From NCBI GenBank assembly GCA_963716725.1, contig CAVQUB010000032.1:64001-128000 (forward strand): a stretch of 64,000 nt of DNA, given 5' to 3'. The position numbers and the translations under genes were made by a program. Shown here piece after piece: positions 19,421 through 28,588 of this stretch. Each line of letters opens with the position of its first letter. The first letter of the stretch is position 1. Origin of the DNA: an uncultured delta proteobacterium (GTDB taxonomy: Bacteria > Myxococcota_A > Polyangia > Polyangiales > Polyangiaceae). The notes under the pieces are model-generated. The model did not search any database and was not told where the DNA came from. It saw only the letters and a list, made by a program, of their open reading frames with translations.

Positions 19421-19465
19421 GTCGAGAGCTTGCGTCGGAGCGGTCCCAGCGCGCAAGGTATGCGC
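19421..19465. promoter_or_regulatory. Activator site GCGCA-N5-TGCGC plus a half-site 30 bp away
   Basis: GCGCAAGGTATGCGC at 19451-19465; GTCGAGAGCTTGCGT at 19421-19435. Confidence 0.68.
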
Positions 19466-19473
19466 GACTTGTC

Positions 19474-20676
19474 ATGGCTGACGCGTACGAGCGCCTTCGC
19501 GATGCCGTCCGAGGCGAGAGATTGCCGCTCGCGCTCCTCGATTTCGACGCGGTCTCGAGGAATGCGGAGACTCTGCTGGCGCCGGCCCGCGCCCGTCGAA
19601 AGACCATTCGACTAGCGACCAAGTCATTGCGCAGCCCGGAGCTCATTCGCCGGGTGATGGCGCTGGACCCAGGGGTCTTTCGCGGACTCATGGCCTACGC
19701 GCCGGCCGAGGTCAGCGCGCTCCTCGACGATGGCTTCGACGATGTCCTGCTCGCCTATCCAACCTGTCAGGTCCCGCTGCTGAGGGAGTTGTCGCGGCGC
19801 GCCGCCGCGGGGCGCAACGTCATGGTGATGGTGGATGATCTCCAACACATCCTGGCGCTCGACGAGGCCTGTCGCGCGGGAGGCGGCGTCATCGGCGTGG
19901 TCGTCGACGTCGACATGTCGCTGCGGCTCCTGCACGGCAGGGTTCACTTGGGTGTGCGTCGGTCGCCGGTCCGCGACGCGGATCGCGCGCTCGCGCTCGC
20001 GGAGGCCGTGCTCGGCCGCCGCAGTCTCCGCCTCGCGGGGTTCATGGGCTACGAGGCCCAGGTCGCCGGGCTCACCGACGCGGGCGGCTCGAGGGTGGAC
20101 AACGCGCTCAAGTCCACGGTGCGTGCGCTCTCACGGCGCCACGCCGCGGCGCTCCGCGGGGAAATCAGCGCGCGCGCGCGGTCGCGGGGTATCGAAGTTG
20201 CGGTCTTCAATGGCGGTGGCTCCGGTAGCATCGACAGCTCGTCCAGTGACGACGCGCTCAGCGAGGTGACCGTCGGCTCCGGGTTGCTCGACGGCCACCT
20301 CTTCGACCACTACTCGAACGTGAGCTTCGAGCCCGCCCTCTACTTTGCCCTCGAAGTAGCGCGCCGACCCGAGATTGGAATCGTCACCTGCGCCGGCGGA
20401 GGTTACATCGCGTCCGGTCCCGCGGGACGCGATCGCCTGCCACTGCCATGGCTTCCGCGAGGTCTGTCGCTGCTGCCCTACGAAGGGGCCGGGGAGGTTC
20501 AGACGCCGCTCGCGCAGCGGCCCGGGGTCCGGCTCAGGGTCGGTGATCCCGTCTTCTTCCGCCACGCGAAGGCGGGCGAGCTCGCCGAGCGGTTTTCCGA
20601 GTACCTGCTGCTCGAAGGAGATGGCGTCTCGGCACGGCTGCCGACCTATCGCGGCCTCGGGCGCTGTTACCCCTGA
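19474..20676 (+). CDS. Fold-type III PLP enzyme (alanine racemase / D-serine deaminase / D-threonine aldolase-like)
   Basis: RLATKSLRS (PLP Lys), GVRRSP, MGYEAQVAG, NGGGSGS, GGGYIASG, EGAGEVQTP, FRHAKAGE. Confidence 0.9.
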   Translation: MADAYERLRDAVRGERLPLALLDFDAVSRNAETLLAPARARRKTIRLATKSLRSPELIRRVMALDPGVFRGLMAYAPAEVSALLDDGFDDVLLAYPTCQVPLLRELSRRAAAGRNVMVMVDDLQHILALDEACRAGGGVIGVVVDVDMSLRLLHGRVHLGVRRSPVRDADRALALAEAVLGRRSLRLAGFMGYEAQVAGLTDAGGSRVDNALKSTVRALSRRHAAALRGEISARARSRGIEVAVFNGGGSGSIDSSSSDDALSEVTVGSGLLDGHLFDHYSNVSFEPALYFALEVARRPEIGIVTCAGGGYIASGPAGRDRLPLPWLPRGLSLLPYEGAGEVQTPLAQRPGVRLRVGDPVFFRHAKAGELAERFSEYLLLEGDGVSARLPTYRGLGRCYP

Positions 20677-20736
20677 GTCAGGGGGCAGCTCCGACGCCCG
20701 GCCATGCTGTCCGCGGGCTCGTGTACCCTCGGCTCG

Positions 20737-21527
20737 GTGAGTGTCTTCGCGTCGCTGTCCCTTGAACCCTGGGTCGTGGCCACGCCGGGCCTCCGCCCGC
20801 GTCTGGCGGAGCGTGTCCTCGGCTTCGAACGGGACTCTTTGCGCTGGTACGATCCGACGCGGTGTTCCAGTGAACGATTCCTGGACCAGCTCGAACGCAT
20901 CGACGAACTCACCTTCGGTCCCCTCGGTCTCCGGATGCCCCGCTGGGCCTTCTACGACTGCGCAGAGTTGCCGGGCGCATTGTTTGGCTTCGGCGCTTCG
21001 AGGGCGCATCTCCCGGAAAGCGTGCGGGCTCGGCTGCCGGACGCGGGGCCGTTCATGCCGATCAGTATGTGCATGGCGACGCCCATGGTGCGCCCCGACG
21101 AGTGGCTCACCTTCTCGATTTCGTCGTTGCTCGACTTGGAGCCCGGACCTGACGCCGTCAGTCTCGGCGTCGAGACGCTGGCGCTCACGCTGGCAGCGCT
21201 GCGCCCGCGACGCGTGCACGGCACGATGCAGTGGCGCTCGCCCAGCCTGGCAGTGCACGCTCGCTTCGCACCGCTCGAGGTGCGCGCAGCGTGGGTTCCC
21301 GCGCACACCCACGCGGCGACCTGCGTCTTTGCTTTCGACGTCGATGAGGGCCTCATCGAGCGCGCTCTGTCGCGACCGGACCTCACCACCGGCCGGGGCA
21401 CGATCGTCGATCCCGAAGACGCGGCCGGACTCGAGGAGCTCCAGCGGCGGATCGAGGCGGGCGGATCGCTGAGGCTGCTCGGCGCGACACCTTCGTCACT
21501 GGCCTGCGTTGCGTGGGGGATCCATGA
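20737..21527 (+). CDS. Hypothetical protein, paralog of the next gene; natural stop at 21527 needs one extra base in the G run at 21515-21519
   Basis: Shares TFGPxGxxMPRWxFxDxAELPG, QW, HxRxxPL and AWxPAH with 21524..22390; homology ends near 21480. Confidence 0.75.
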
Positions 21528-22390
21528 CGACCCTCGCACTGGCCAACTCCGCGCTCTCTGCTCGCCTCCGGCCCTTCGTGGTGGCCCTCGAAGAACACCG
21601 CGCCGAGTTCGACTGCGGCGCGTTCGGCTGGGTCATTGGCCGGGAAGACCGCTTGGATCCGCTGCGGCTCGCCTCAGTCCGCTTTCTCGAAATCCTCCGG
21701 CGGCTGGACGCGGCCACCTTCGGTCCCGAAGGCATGCCCATGCCGCGCTGGGTCTTCTTCGACGGGGCGGAGTTGCCCGGCGGCATCGTCGGCTTCGGGG
21801 CCGACGCGGGAACGCTGTCCCTTCACACTCGGCAGCTGCTCGAGGTCGAGGCGAGCTACCAAGGGCTGGTGCCCCTCTCGATGTTCATTGCGATCCCCAC
21901 CCACGAGCCCGGAACCTGGATGGCGCACAACCTCGCCAGCATGGCGCCGCAGGTTCCGGACGAAGCGCTGCAGGGGTTGGGCGGATTGACCAAGGCCTAT
22001 GGACTTCGGGTCTACCGTGTGCGGCGTCAGATCGGCGCGACCCAGTGGAACTCGAGCGCGCTGTCGATCCACACCCGGCTGGGCCCTCTCGATCTCGCGA
22101 GCGCCTGGACACCTGCGCACAGCGAGCCGTGGACCCTGACCTACGGTGTGGACGTGACCGAAAGCGCCCTGCTCAATCTTGCGCGTGACGCTGCGGGAGC
22201 CGTGGAGACACCGTCCGTGGATCTCTGGATCGACTCCGACGACCACGCGGCGATGCGCGATCTCCAAGCACGCATCGAGTCGGGGGAACGCTTCCGAATC
22301 GTGGGCAAACCCCAGCGCGTCGCACAGAAGCGACTGCGCGTGCCCGTGGGCATCGTGCCGCCGGTCGGGTCTCCGGCCGGCGCCAGATGA
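21524..22390 (+). CDS. Hypothetical protein, possibly divergent GNAT fold
   Basis: Clean ORF from ATG 21524; ALQGLGGLTKA...QWNSSALSIHTRLG resembles GNAT motifs A and B. Confidence 0.8.
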   Translation: MTTLALANSALSARLRPFVVALEEHRAEFDCGAFGWVIGREDRLDPLRLASVRFLEILRRLDAATFGPEGMPMPRWVFFDGAELPGGIVGFGADAGTLSLHTRQLLEVEASYQGLVPLSMFIAIPTHEPGTWMAHNLASMAPQVPDEALQGLGGLTKAYGLRVYRVRRQIGATQWNSSALSIHTRLGPLDLASAWTPAHSEPWTLTYGVDVTESALLNLARDAAGAVETPSVDLWIDSDDHAAMRDLQARIESGERFRIVGKPQRVAQKRLRVPVGIVPPVGSPAGAR

Positions 22391-22411
22391 GGCCCGGCCA
22401 GGTCTGGGCGG

Positions 22412-22456
22412 CCGCATCGGTTGCCGCCGGGGCCGTCGCGCCTGCACTCTTTGCGG
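22412..22456. promoter_or_regulatory. Paired degenerate activator sites
   Basis: CCGCATCGGTTGCCG (22412-22426) and CTGCACTCTTTGCGG (22442-22456), 30 bp apart. Confidence 0.55.
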
Positions 22457-22488
22457 GCGCCCCGGGCAGTGGACGCGCGTTTTTCTCC

Positions 22489-22504
22489 TGGAACGAAGCT
22501 TGCT
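22489..22504 (+). promoter_or_regulatory. Sigma-54 promoter
   Basis: TGGAACGAAGCTTGCT (GG-N10-GC). Confidence 0.72.
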
Positions 22505-22520
22505 CCGACCCCCGTCTGCC

Positions 22521-22775
22521 ATGACCACCACCCAAAACCTCAAGAGCACGTTGGAAAAAGAGCTCGGCGACCTCGCGCAGCTTCGAGACGAAATCCGAGT
22601 CAAGGTTCATTTGGCGGGCCTCGACGCCAAGAGCGCGTGGAAGGAGCTGGAGCCGCGCTTGGACGAGCTCGAGCGAGATTTCCGAGTTGAGAGCGCCGGC
22701 GTCAAGGACGCGAGCCTGCTGCTCGCGCGGGATCTGAAGTCCGCGTTCGAGCAATTCCGCTCGCGTCTGGTCTGA
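22521..22775 (+). CDS. Small helical/coiled-coil hypothetical protein (84 aa)
   Basis: MTTTQNLKSTLEKEL...LRDEIRVKVHLAGLDAKSAWKELEP; good codon usage. Confidence 0.8.
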   Translation: MTTTQNLKSTLEKELGDLAQLRDEIRVKVHLAGLDAKSAWKELEPRLDELERDFRVESAGVKDASLLLARDLKSAFEQFRSRLV

Positions 22776-22793
22776 ATCCGCGGGCGGTCGCCA

Positions 22794-23531
22794 ATGCCAC
22801 GCACAGTCAAGGAGATCATGAACGGCGAGCTGTTCAGCTTGCGTACCCACGACGCCGCCGCGCAAGCGCTTGGATACATCGTGGGGCTCGGGATCACCGC
22901 GGCCCCCGTGCTCGACCAAGACAAGAAACCGGTGGGGATGGCGTCGTTTCGAGATCTGCTGAGGTTGCCGACCCCGGCGACGGTGGCGGAGTGCATGACC
23001 TCCCCCGCGCTGACGCTGCGATCCGACGCGCCAGTGGAAGAAGCCGCGCGGCTCTTGACCGAGCGTGGCGTTCACCGGGTCGTCGTCGTCGACTCCGACG
23101 GACGCGCCGTCGGCATCGCCTCGGCCCTCGACGTGATTCGCGGGCTCTTGGGTTTGCCAGCGCTGCACCCGTCGGCGTTCCCGCATTGGGACTCGACGCG
23201 AGGCGTTTCGTGGTGTGACGACACCTTGCTCGAAGTCGATCGGTTGGACGCCGCGCCGGACGCTCCCGGAGCGTTTGCGCTGATCCGCGGGGGGAAGGGG
23301 ATTGAAGAGCGCGTGGTGTGGGCAGAAGCGGCCCACAACGTTCGCACCCGACTCTACGACCTCTTGGCGAGACCGCAGAGCGAGCAGCCGATGCTCGCGC
23401 GGCTGCTCGAGAGTCACTCGGATTTGCGGTTTAGAGCTGCTGCGATAGCGAGGGCCGACCGGCGAGAGTCCGTCTCGGAGTCCTTGATGGGAGAAGCGCG
23501 TTCGGCGCTAGCACCTACGAGGGCAGAGTGA
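22794..23531 (+). CDS. CBS-pair protein with C-terminal extension
   Basis: TVKEIMN...AAPVLD...TVAECMT...VHRVVVVD...GIASALDV. Confidence 0.87.
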   Translation: MPRTVKEIMNGELFSLRTHDAAAQALGYIVGLGITAAPVLDQDKKPVGMASFRDLLRLPTPATVAECMTSPALTLRSDAPVEEAARLLTERGVHRVVVVDSDGRAVGIASALDVIRGLLGLPALHPSAFPHWDSTRGVSWCDDTLLEVDRLDAAPDAPGAFALIRGGKGIEERVVWAEAAHNVRTRLYDLLARPQSEQPMLARLLESHSDLRFRAAAIARADRRESVSESLMGEARSALAPTRAE

Positions 23532-23561
23532 GAGCGGGTCGAGCGTGCTGGCGCCCGACTC

Positions 23562-24314
23562 TCACTCGAATCCGTTCAGGTGGACCAAGTACCACTCGCC
23601 GCGCCACGAGATCAGGCTGGTGACCTCGAGGGTGGCCGGCTTGCCTTCCGAAGTCTCGTAGCGCAGGCGATTCCGCGTGACGCGGAAGTAGCCGAGCTTG
23701 TTGCCTTCGCTCCGCGGTTTCATCCACTTCATGCGGTCTTTTGCTAGCTCGAAGCCGACGAAGCGGGCCTGCCCGGCCTTGGGTCCGAGCCGCTTGTTGT
23801 AGTCGCGGATGTCGCGGCGGAAGTTCGCCAGCAGGCGCCGCTCCCAGTCGCGCTTGGGATCCTTCACGTCTTTGACTTTTTCGTAGGCAACGATCGGAAA
23901 GAAGAAGGGCTCGGCGATGGTCGGGTCGTTCTCTTGAATGGCTCGGAAGAGCGCCCGCACCCCGGCACTGAACCAGGCCGAGGTCGAAGTCGGTTCGTCC
24001 TCGGTCTGGGGCAAGGCGCTCCCGTCGGGTGCGAGGAGTGTGGGTGGCACGAGGGCGCGGTCGCCCGTCGCCGCGTCGCTCGCCGCGATGCGCGCGTCGC
24101 CTGCGTCGCCTGCGTCGCCTACAGCTGGACTGGCCCCGCTGTCCCGCACGCGCACCGGCTCACCGGGGGCTCGCTTTGGTTGCGAGAGGCGTCGCTCGTG
24201 CGGCGCGGCGCCGTTGGTCGACGTGGTGCCCGACGAGGTCGGGCGGCGCGGTGGATCCGCGTGATCACAAGCGAGGAGGCAGAAGGCTGCAGCCAGGGCG
24301 ATGCGAGTGGACAT
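23562..24314 (-). CDS. Hypothetical lipoprotein
   Basis: LLAC lipobox, low-complexity linker, globular C-terminus ending SLISWRGEWYLVHL. Confidence 0.78.
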   Translation of the reverse strand: MSTRIALAAAFCLLACDHADPPRRPTSSGTTSTNGAAPHERRLSQPKRAPGEPVRVRDSGASPAVGDAGDAGDARIAASDAATGDRALVPPTLLAPDGSALPQTEDEPTSTSAWFSAGVRALFRAIQENDPTIAEPFFFPIVAYEKVKDVKDPKRDWERRLLANFRRDIRDYNKRLGPKAGQARFVGFELAKDRMKWMKPRSEGNKLGYFRVTRNRLRYETSEGKPATLEVTSLISWRGEWYLVHLNGFE

Positions 24315-24347
24315 CTGCCGGCAGACTAGCCTCGGTCGCGGCAGAAT

Positions 24348-25859
24348 TCACCGGGCGTCGCGGCCGAGGGCGTGGTCGAGCTTCACGCGCGCGATCCTGA
24401 TACCCACTCGGGCATTGATCACCTCGAGCCTCGAGCGCGACAAGTCGGCCTCCGCGTCGGTGAGCTCGACGCTGCTGGCGCGGCCGAGGCGGTACTGCTC
24501 GGCGCGGGCCCGGTAGGCCTCTTCTGCGGCGGCGGCGCCGCGTTGAGCGGTCCCGAGGCCCACCTGAGCCTCGCGCAGCGACTGGGATGCGTCGAAGATC
24601 TCGTTTCGGAGTGCGTCTCGGAGCTGATCGCGTTGCGCGTCGAGCTTCGCCCGTTGCGCCTCCAGGCCCGCCGCTGTGGCGCCTGCCGTGAGGAAGTCGT
24701 TGGGTGTCCAGGTCAGCTGAACCCCGACATCCCAAGTCGCCTTCCACTCGCTGGACTGCGGGACATAGCGTTGATTCGGGTTCGCATAGTAAGCGTTGCC
24801 AAAGGCATCGAGGCGGGGGAGCCCGACGCTCTTCACTGCTCGCCTCTGCTCGGCCAGGGAGAGGCCCGCCTTCTCGAGCGCGCGGAGCTCGAGCCGTTGC
24901 CGGAGAGACTCGGCGTAGAGCGACGCAAAGTCGAGCTTCTCGCTCTGCCTCGGCGATGATCCCATCAGGTCTTCGCCGATCTCGTAGCGAGCCGTGGCTG
25001 GATCTGCGAGCAGCGTGCGCAGCCGGTCTTCGGCGAGTGCGGTCAGGTTCGAAGTGCGCTCGACCAAGAGCTCAGCACCAGCGACCGCCGACTCCGCGCG
25101 CAGCACGTCGGCCTTCGCGGCGCGGTCGACCTCGAACAGGATCTTCGCAGCTTGATGATGGGACTTGGATTGGCTCAAGCTCTGCTTGGCCACCTCGTGG
25201 GAGAGCTTGGCTCGCGCCCAGCCGTAGTAGACCAGCTTGGCGTCGGTCGCCGCGTTCAGGCGCGCGGCGCGGTGCGTGAGCTCGGACGCGCCCTTGCCCA
25301 GGTTGGCAGCGGCTTGCGACTGGCTGATACGCAGGAAGTAGTCACTGACCGGCAGCAGCAGCGCGGCCTGGAGCGCGTACTGGTCTTGAATCACCGGAAA
25401 TGCCAGGGCGGACGAGGGAATGGCTATCAGCGGAGCACCCGGCGGCATGGCACCCGCCGGCGCCGGCGTTCCCACCAGCCTCACGTCGCCCGGGCCGAAG
25501 CCGCCGGAGTCGACCGGTGACAGGTGCGTGTAGCGGGCGGTCAACGTCAGCTTGGGGAACCACCCGGCGAAGGCTTTGTCGACTTCGGCGCTGGCAGCCG
25601 CGATCTCCGCCTGCTTCGCGCGCACGTCTTTGCTGTTCTTGACCGCCCGACGACCCACATCTTCGGAGGTCAGGCCACCGGGTCGCCCGCTGAGAGCGCG
25701 CAGCCGGACCGCGAGATCGTCGGCGGCCGGCGGCGGCACCTTCTCTTCGAGCGTCGGCGCCTTCTCCGGGGGCGCGGGCGGGGGATCTTGAGCGAGGGCC
25801 AGGCCGGTGGAGAGGCCGGACGTGGCGAGGATCATCAACGACAGGGAGTGTTTCATCAT
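24348..25859 (-). CDS. TolC-family outer membrane efflux protein
   Basis: Signal peptide; FPKLTLTARY, LPRLDAFG, WDVGVQLTW, YRLGRASSVELTDAE. Confidence 0.92.
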   Translation of the reverse strand: MMKHSLSLMILATSGLSTGLALAQDPPPAPPEKAPTLEEKVPPPAADDLAVRLRALSGRPGGLTSEDVGRRAVKNSKDVRAKQAEIAAASAEVDKAFAGWFPKLTLTARYTHLSPVDSGGFGPGDVRLVGTPAPAGAMPPGAPLIAIPSSALAFPVIQDQYALQAALLLPVSDYFLRISQSQAAANLGKGASELTHRAARLNAATDAKLVYYGWARAKLSHEVAKQSLSQSKSHHQAAKILFEVDRAAKADVLRAESAVAGAELLVERTSNLTALAEDRLRTLLADPATARYEIGEDLMGSSPRQSEKLDFASLYAESLRQRLELRALEKAGLSLAEQRRAVKSVGLPRLDAFGNAYYANPNQRYVPQSSEWKATWDVGVQLTWTPNDFLTAGATAAGLEAQRAKLDAQRDQLRDALRNEIFDASQSLREAQVGLGTAQRGAAAAEEAYRARAEQYRLGRASSVELTDAEADLSRSRLEVINARVGIRIARVKLDHALGRDAR

Positions 25860-26482
25860 GACTTGTCCAGATTCAGGGTGGGGCGACCGATGCCGCGCAG
25901 CAGGACATCGACGAGTTGTTGTGCAAATGCCGGGCCTTCCGGCAGGCCCAGGAAGGCCATGTTTTCGGCGGCGATGCGCCGGATCATCTGCGGTGCGATC
26001 CCGAGCGCAAAGGTCGACATGACCATCACCGCCGGGTGAAATCTGGCGTCGAGCTGCCCGGATCCAAGGCCCTCGGCTACGGCCTCGAGCATCAGCCCGA
26101 GGTGACCGCGCTTGAAGCGTTCGATCAACCGTTCGAGGCGCGCAGACGAGGTGATGGACTCTCGAACGACCAGGCGCAAGACGTCGACCTCGTCGGCTTC
26201 GAACGCCGCGATCCGCGCGTAGAGCGCCGAGACGCGCGCCTCGAACGACTCTTCGCCCGCGATGGCTTCCTCGACCTGAGCGAGCACCTTGGCGTAGATC
26301 TCCTCGACCACCGCCAGGAACAGGTCGTCCTTGGTCGGGAAGTAGTAGTAGATCATGCCGATGTTCGTGCCGGCCTCGCGGGCGATCTTGCGCAGCGACG
26401 CGCCATCGACGCCGTCTTCGAGGAAGCGCCGGCGCGCGGCATGGATGATGCGGGGTTCGATGTCGCTCTTGGGTCGAGCCAT
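25856..26482 (-). CDS. TetR/AcrR family regulator
   Basis: MARPK...AARRRFLEDGVDGASLRKIAREAGTNIGMIYYYFPTKDDLF. Confidence 0.93.
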   Translation of the reverse strand: MARPKSDIEPRIIHAARRRFLEDGVDGASLRKIAREAGTNIGMIYYYFPTKDDLFLAVVEEIYAKVLAQVEEAIAGEESFEARVSALYARIAAFEADEVDVLRLVVRESITSSARLERLIERFKRGHLGLMLEAVAEGLGSGQLDARFHPAVMVMSTFALGIAPQMIRRIAAENMAFLGLPEGPAFAQQLVDVLLRGIGRPTLNLDKS

Positions 26483-26484
26483 GG

Positions 26485-27615
26485 TTAGGCGAGCTTCTTG
26501 CTGAAACGCAGCGGAGGCGACGGTCACCAGGACCGCCAGGATGATGGCCATGGCGCCGAGATCCGCGGTGAGATCCCCGAACTTGGCGCCGCGCAGCGTG
26601 ATGCCGCGAACGATGCGCAGAAAGTGCGTCAGCGGCAGCGCCTGCGACAGCCACTGCGCGGGCACGGGCATGGCCTCGAAGGGGAACATGAAGCCCGAGA
26701 GCAGGATGTTCGGCAGCATGAAGAAGAACGACATCTGCATGGCCTGTTGTTGCGTCTTCGCCAGGGTCGAGAAGAACAGGCCGAGCGCGAGGTTGGCGGC
26801 GATGAACACGAATGCCAGCGCGTAGAGCATCGCCAGGGAGCCGACCAGGGGCACGTCGAAGACGACGCGACCAGCCAGCAAGATCAGCGTCATCTGCACG
26901 TAGCCGATGACGATGTACGGAACGATCTTGCCCACCACCAGCTCGATGTTCCTCACCGGCGACACGATCAGCTGCTCGAGCGTGCCGCGCTCGCGCTCGC
27001 GCGCGATGGCCATGGCCGTGAGCATCACCATGGTCATGGTCAGGATCACGCCGACCAGACCCGGCACGATGTAGATCGCCGTGCGCAGGTCGGGGTTGTA
27101 CCAGGTGTTCGGCTCGAGCTGGATGGGCGGCGAGCGGCGCGCCGGCGCCCTGCCCAGCGAGGCGCCGCACCATCAGCTGACTCGAGCGCGCGGCCACCAG
27201 CGACGCGGCGGTGTTCGTCGCGCTGGCGACGGTCTGCGGATCCGAGCCGTCGACGATGAGCTGCACCTGGGTCGGTTGGCCGCGGGTGAGATCGCTGGAG
27301 AATCGAGCCGGGATCACCAGCCCGACGCGGGCGCGGCCGGCGCGCAGCGCGTGCTCGATCTCGTCGTAGTCATTGGCTTCGCCCGACCAGATCGTAGAAG
27401 CCGGTGGACCGCAGGCTCTGAGCCAAATCCCGCGACGCAGCGCTACGATCTTGGTCGTAGACGACGGTCGGGATGTGGCGAACGTCGGTGTTGATGGCGT
27501 AGCCGAAGAGCAACAGCTGCATCACCGGCAGGATCAACATCATCGCCATCGTCAGGCGGTCCCGTCGGAGCTGCAGCAGCTCTTTTCGCGCGATCACCCA
27601 GGGGCGCAGATTCAT
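26485..27615 (-). pseudogene. ABC-2 permease (YbhR/YbhS-like) with three apparent frameshifts (near 27383, 27140 and 26513); may be intact in the true genome
   Basis: Segments in three frames: KELLQLRRDR...LLFGYAIN; IVDGSDPQ; WYNPDL...PGLVGVIL...RERERGTLEQL...LLSGFMFP; correcting gives C-terminus LRFSKKLA*. Confidence 0.8.
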
Positions 27616-28574
27616 GCCGCGCTCCGCGCATCGTGCTGTCGAGCTTCTGCGCGCACCATGCTGACGAAGGCGTCCTCCACCGAGACTCGCGCGAGGCGGG
27701 CCTTGGCGATGGGGAGTCGGGCGGCACCCAGGATCTCTTCGGCCAGCGCGATGGGATCCGTGCCGTTCTTGGTCGAGAGCCGCAAGAGGTGGCCGTAGTG
27801 GGCCACTTCGTCCACGGCAGGGTGCGCGCGCAGGGCGGACGCCGCGGCGCGGGTATTTTCCTGAATCTCGAGCTCGGCCACGCGTAGGTGCCGGCGCTCG
27901 ACCACTTCCTCGGGGGTGCCGGTGTCGAGCAGCTGTCCACTGAAGATGAACGCGAGGCGGTGACAGCGCTCGGCCTCGTCCATGTAGTGAGTCGTCAGGA
28001 GCACGGTGGTGCCCTCGTGGGAGATGCGGTGGATCTGCTCCCAGAACTCCCGCCGGCTGACCGGATCGACTCCCGCCGTCGGCTCGTCCAAGAACAGGAG
28101 CGGGGGCTGGTGGATGGTGGCGCTGGCGAGGGCCACGCGTTGCTTCCAACCGCCGGACAGCGTGCCCGAGAGTTGCTTGCGGCGTGCGGTGAGGCCGGTG
28201 GACTCGAGCACCTCACGGATGCGCTCTTTGCGTCGTTTGAGCGAGACCCCGTAGATGCCTGCGTAGAAGGTGAGGTTCTCTTCGACGCTCAGGTCTTCGT
28301 AGAGGCTGAAGCGCTGGGTCATGTACCCGATCCGCTCCTTGATGCGCTCTGCGTCCTTGCGGATGTCCAGGCCCACGACGCTGCCGTCGCCGCCCGTCGG
28401 GTTGAGGATGCCGCAGAGCATGCGGATGGTCGTGCTCTTGCCCGCGCCATTGGGTCCGAGCACCCCGAAGATCTCGCCACGCGCGACCTCGAGGTTTAGG
28501 TCTTTCACCGCGACGAGGGAGCCGAAGTGGCGCGAGAGGTTCCGCGTGCGGATGATGGGTTCGTCGGAATTCAT
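27612..28574 (-). CDS. ABC transporter ATP-binding protein (YbhF-like)
   Basis: GPNGAGKST, LSGGWKQR, FLDEPTAGVD, TTH. Confidence 0.96.
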   Translation of the reverse strand: MNSDEPIIRTRNLSRHFGSLVAVKDLNLEVARGEIFGVLGPNGAGKSTTIRMLCGILNPTGGDGSVVGLDIRKDAERIKERIGYMTQRFSLYEDLSVEENLTFYAGIYGVSLKRRKERIREVLESTGLTARRKQLSGTLSGGWKQRVALASATIHQPPLLFLDEPTAGVDPVSRREFWEQIHRISHEGTTVLLTTHYMDEAERCHRLAFIFSGQLLDTGTPEEVVERRHLRVAELEIQENTRAAASALRAHPAVDEVAHYGHLLRLSTKNGTDPIALAEEILGAARLPIAKARLARVSVEDAFVSMVRAEARQHDARSAA

Positions 28575-28588
28575 GGGCGTCCGCTCTC

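Noticed and set aside
20704..22188. 494-aa ORF overlapping the next gene
   Set aside because: The part after about 21520 is Arg/Pro-rich off-frame read-through; one added G restores a stop at 21527
24348..27317. 989-aa permease-TolC fusion and 403-aa permease-TetR fusion
   Set aside because: Produced by frameshifts in the permease; TetR and TolC have their own starts
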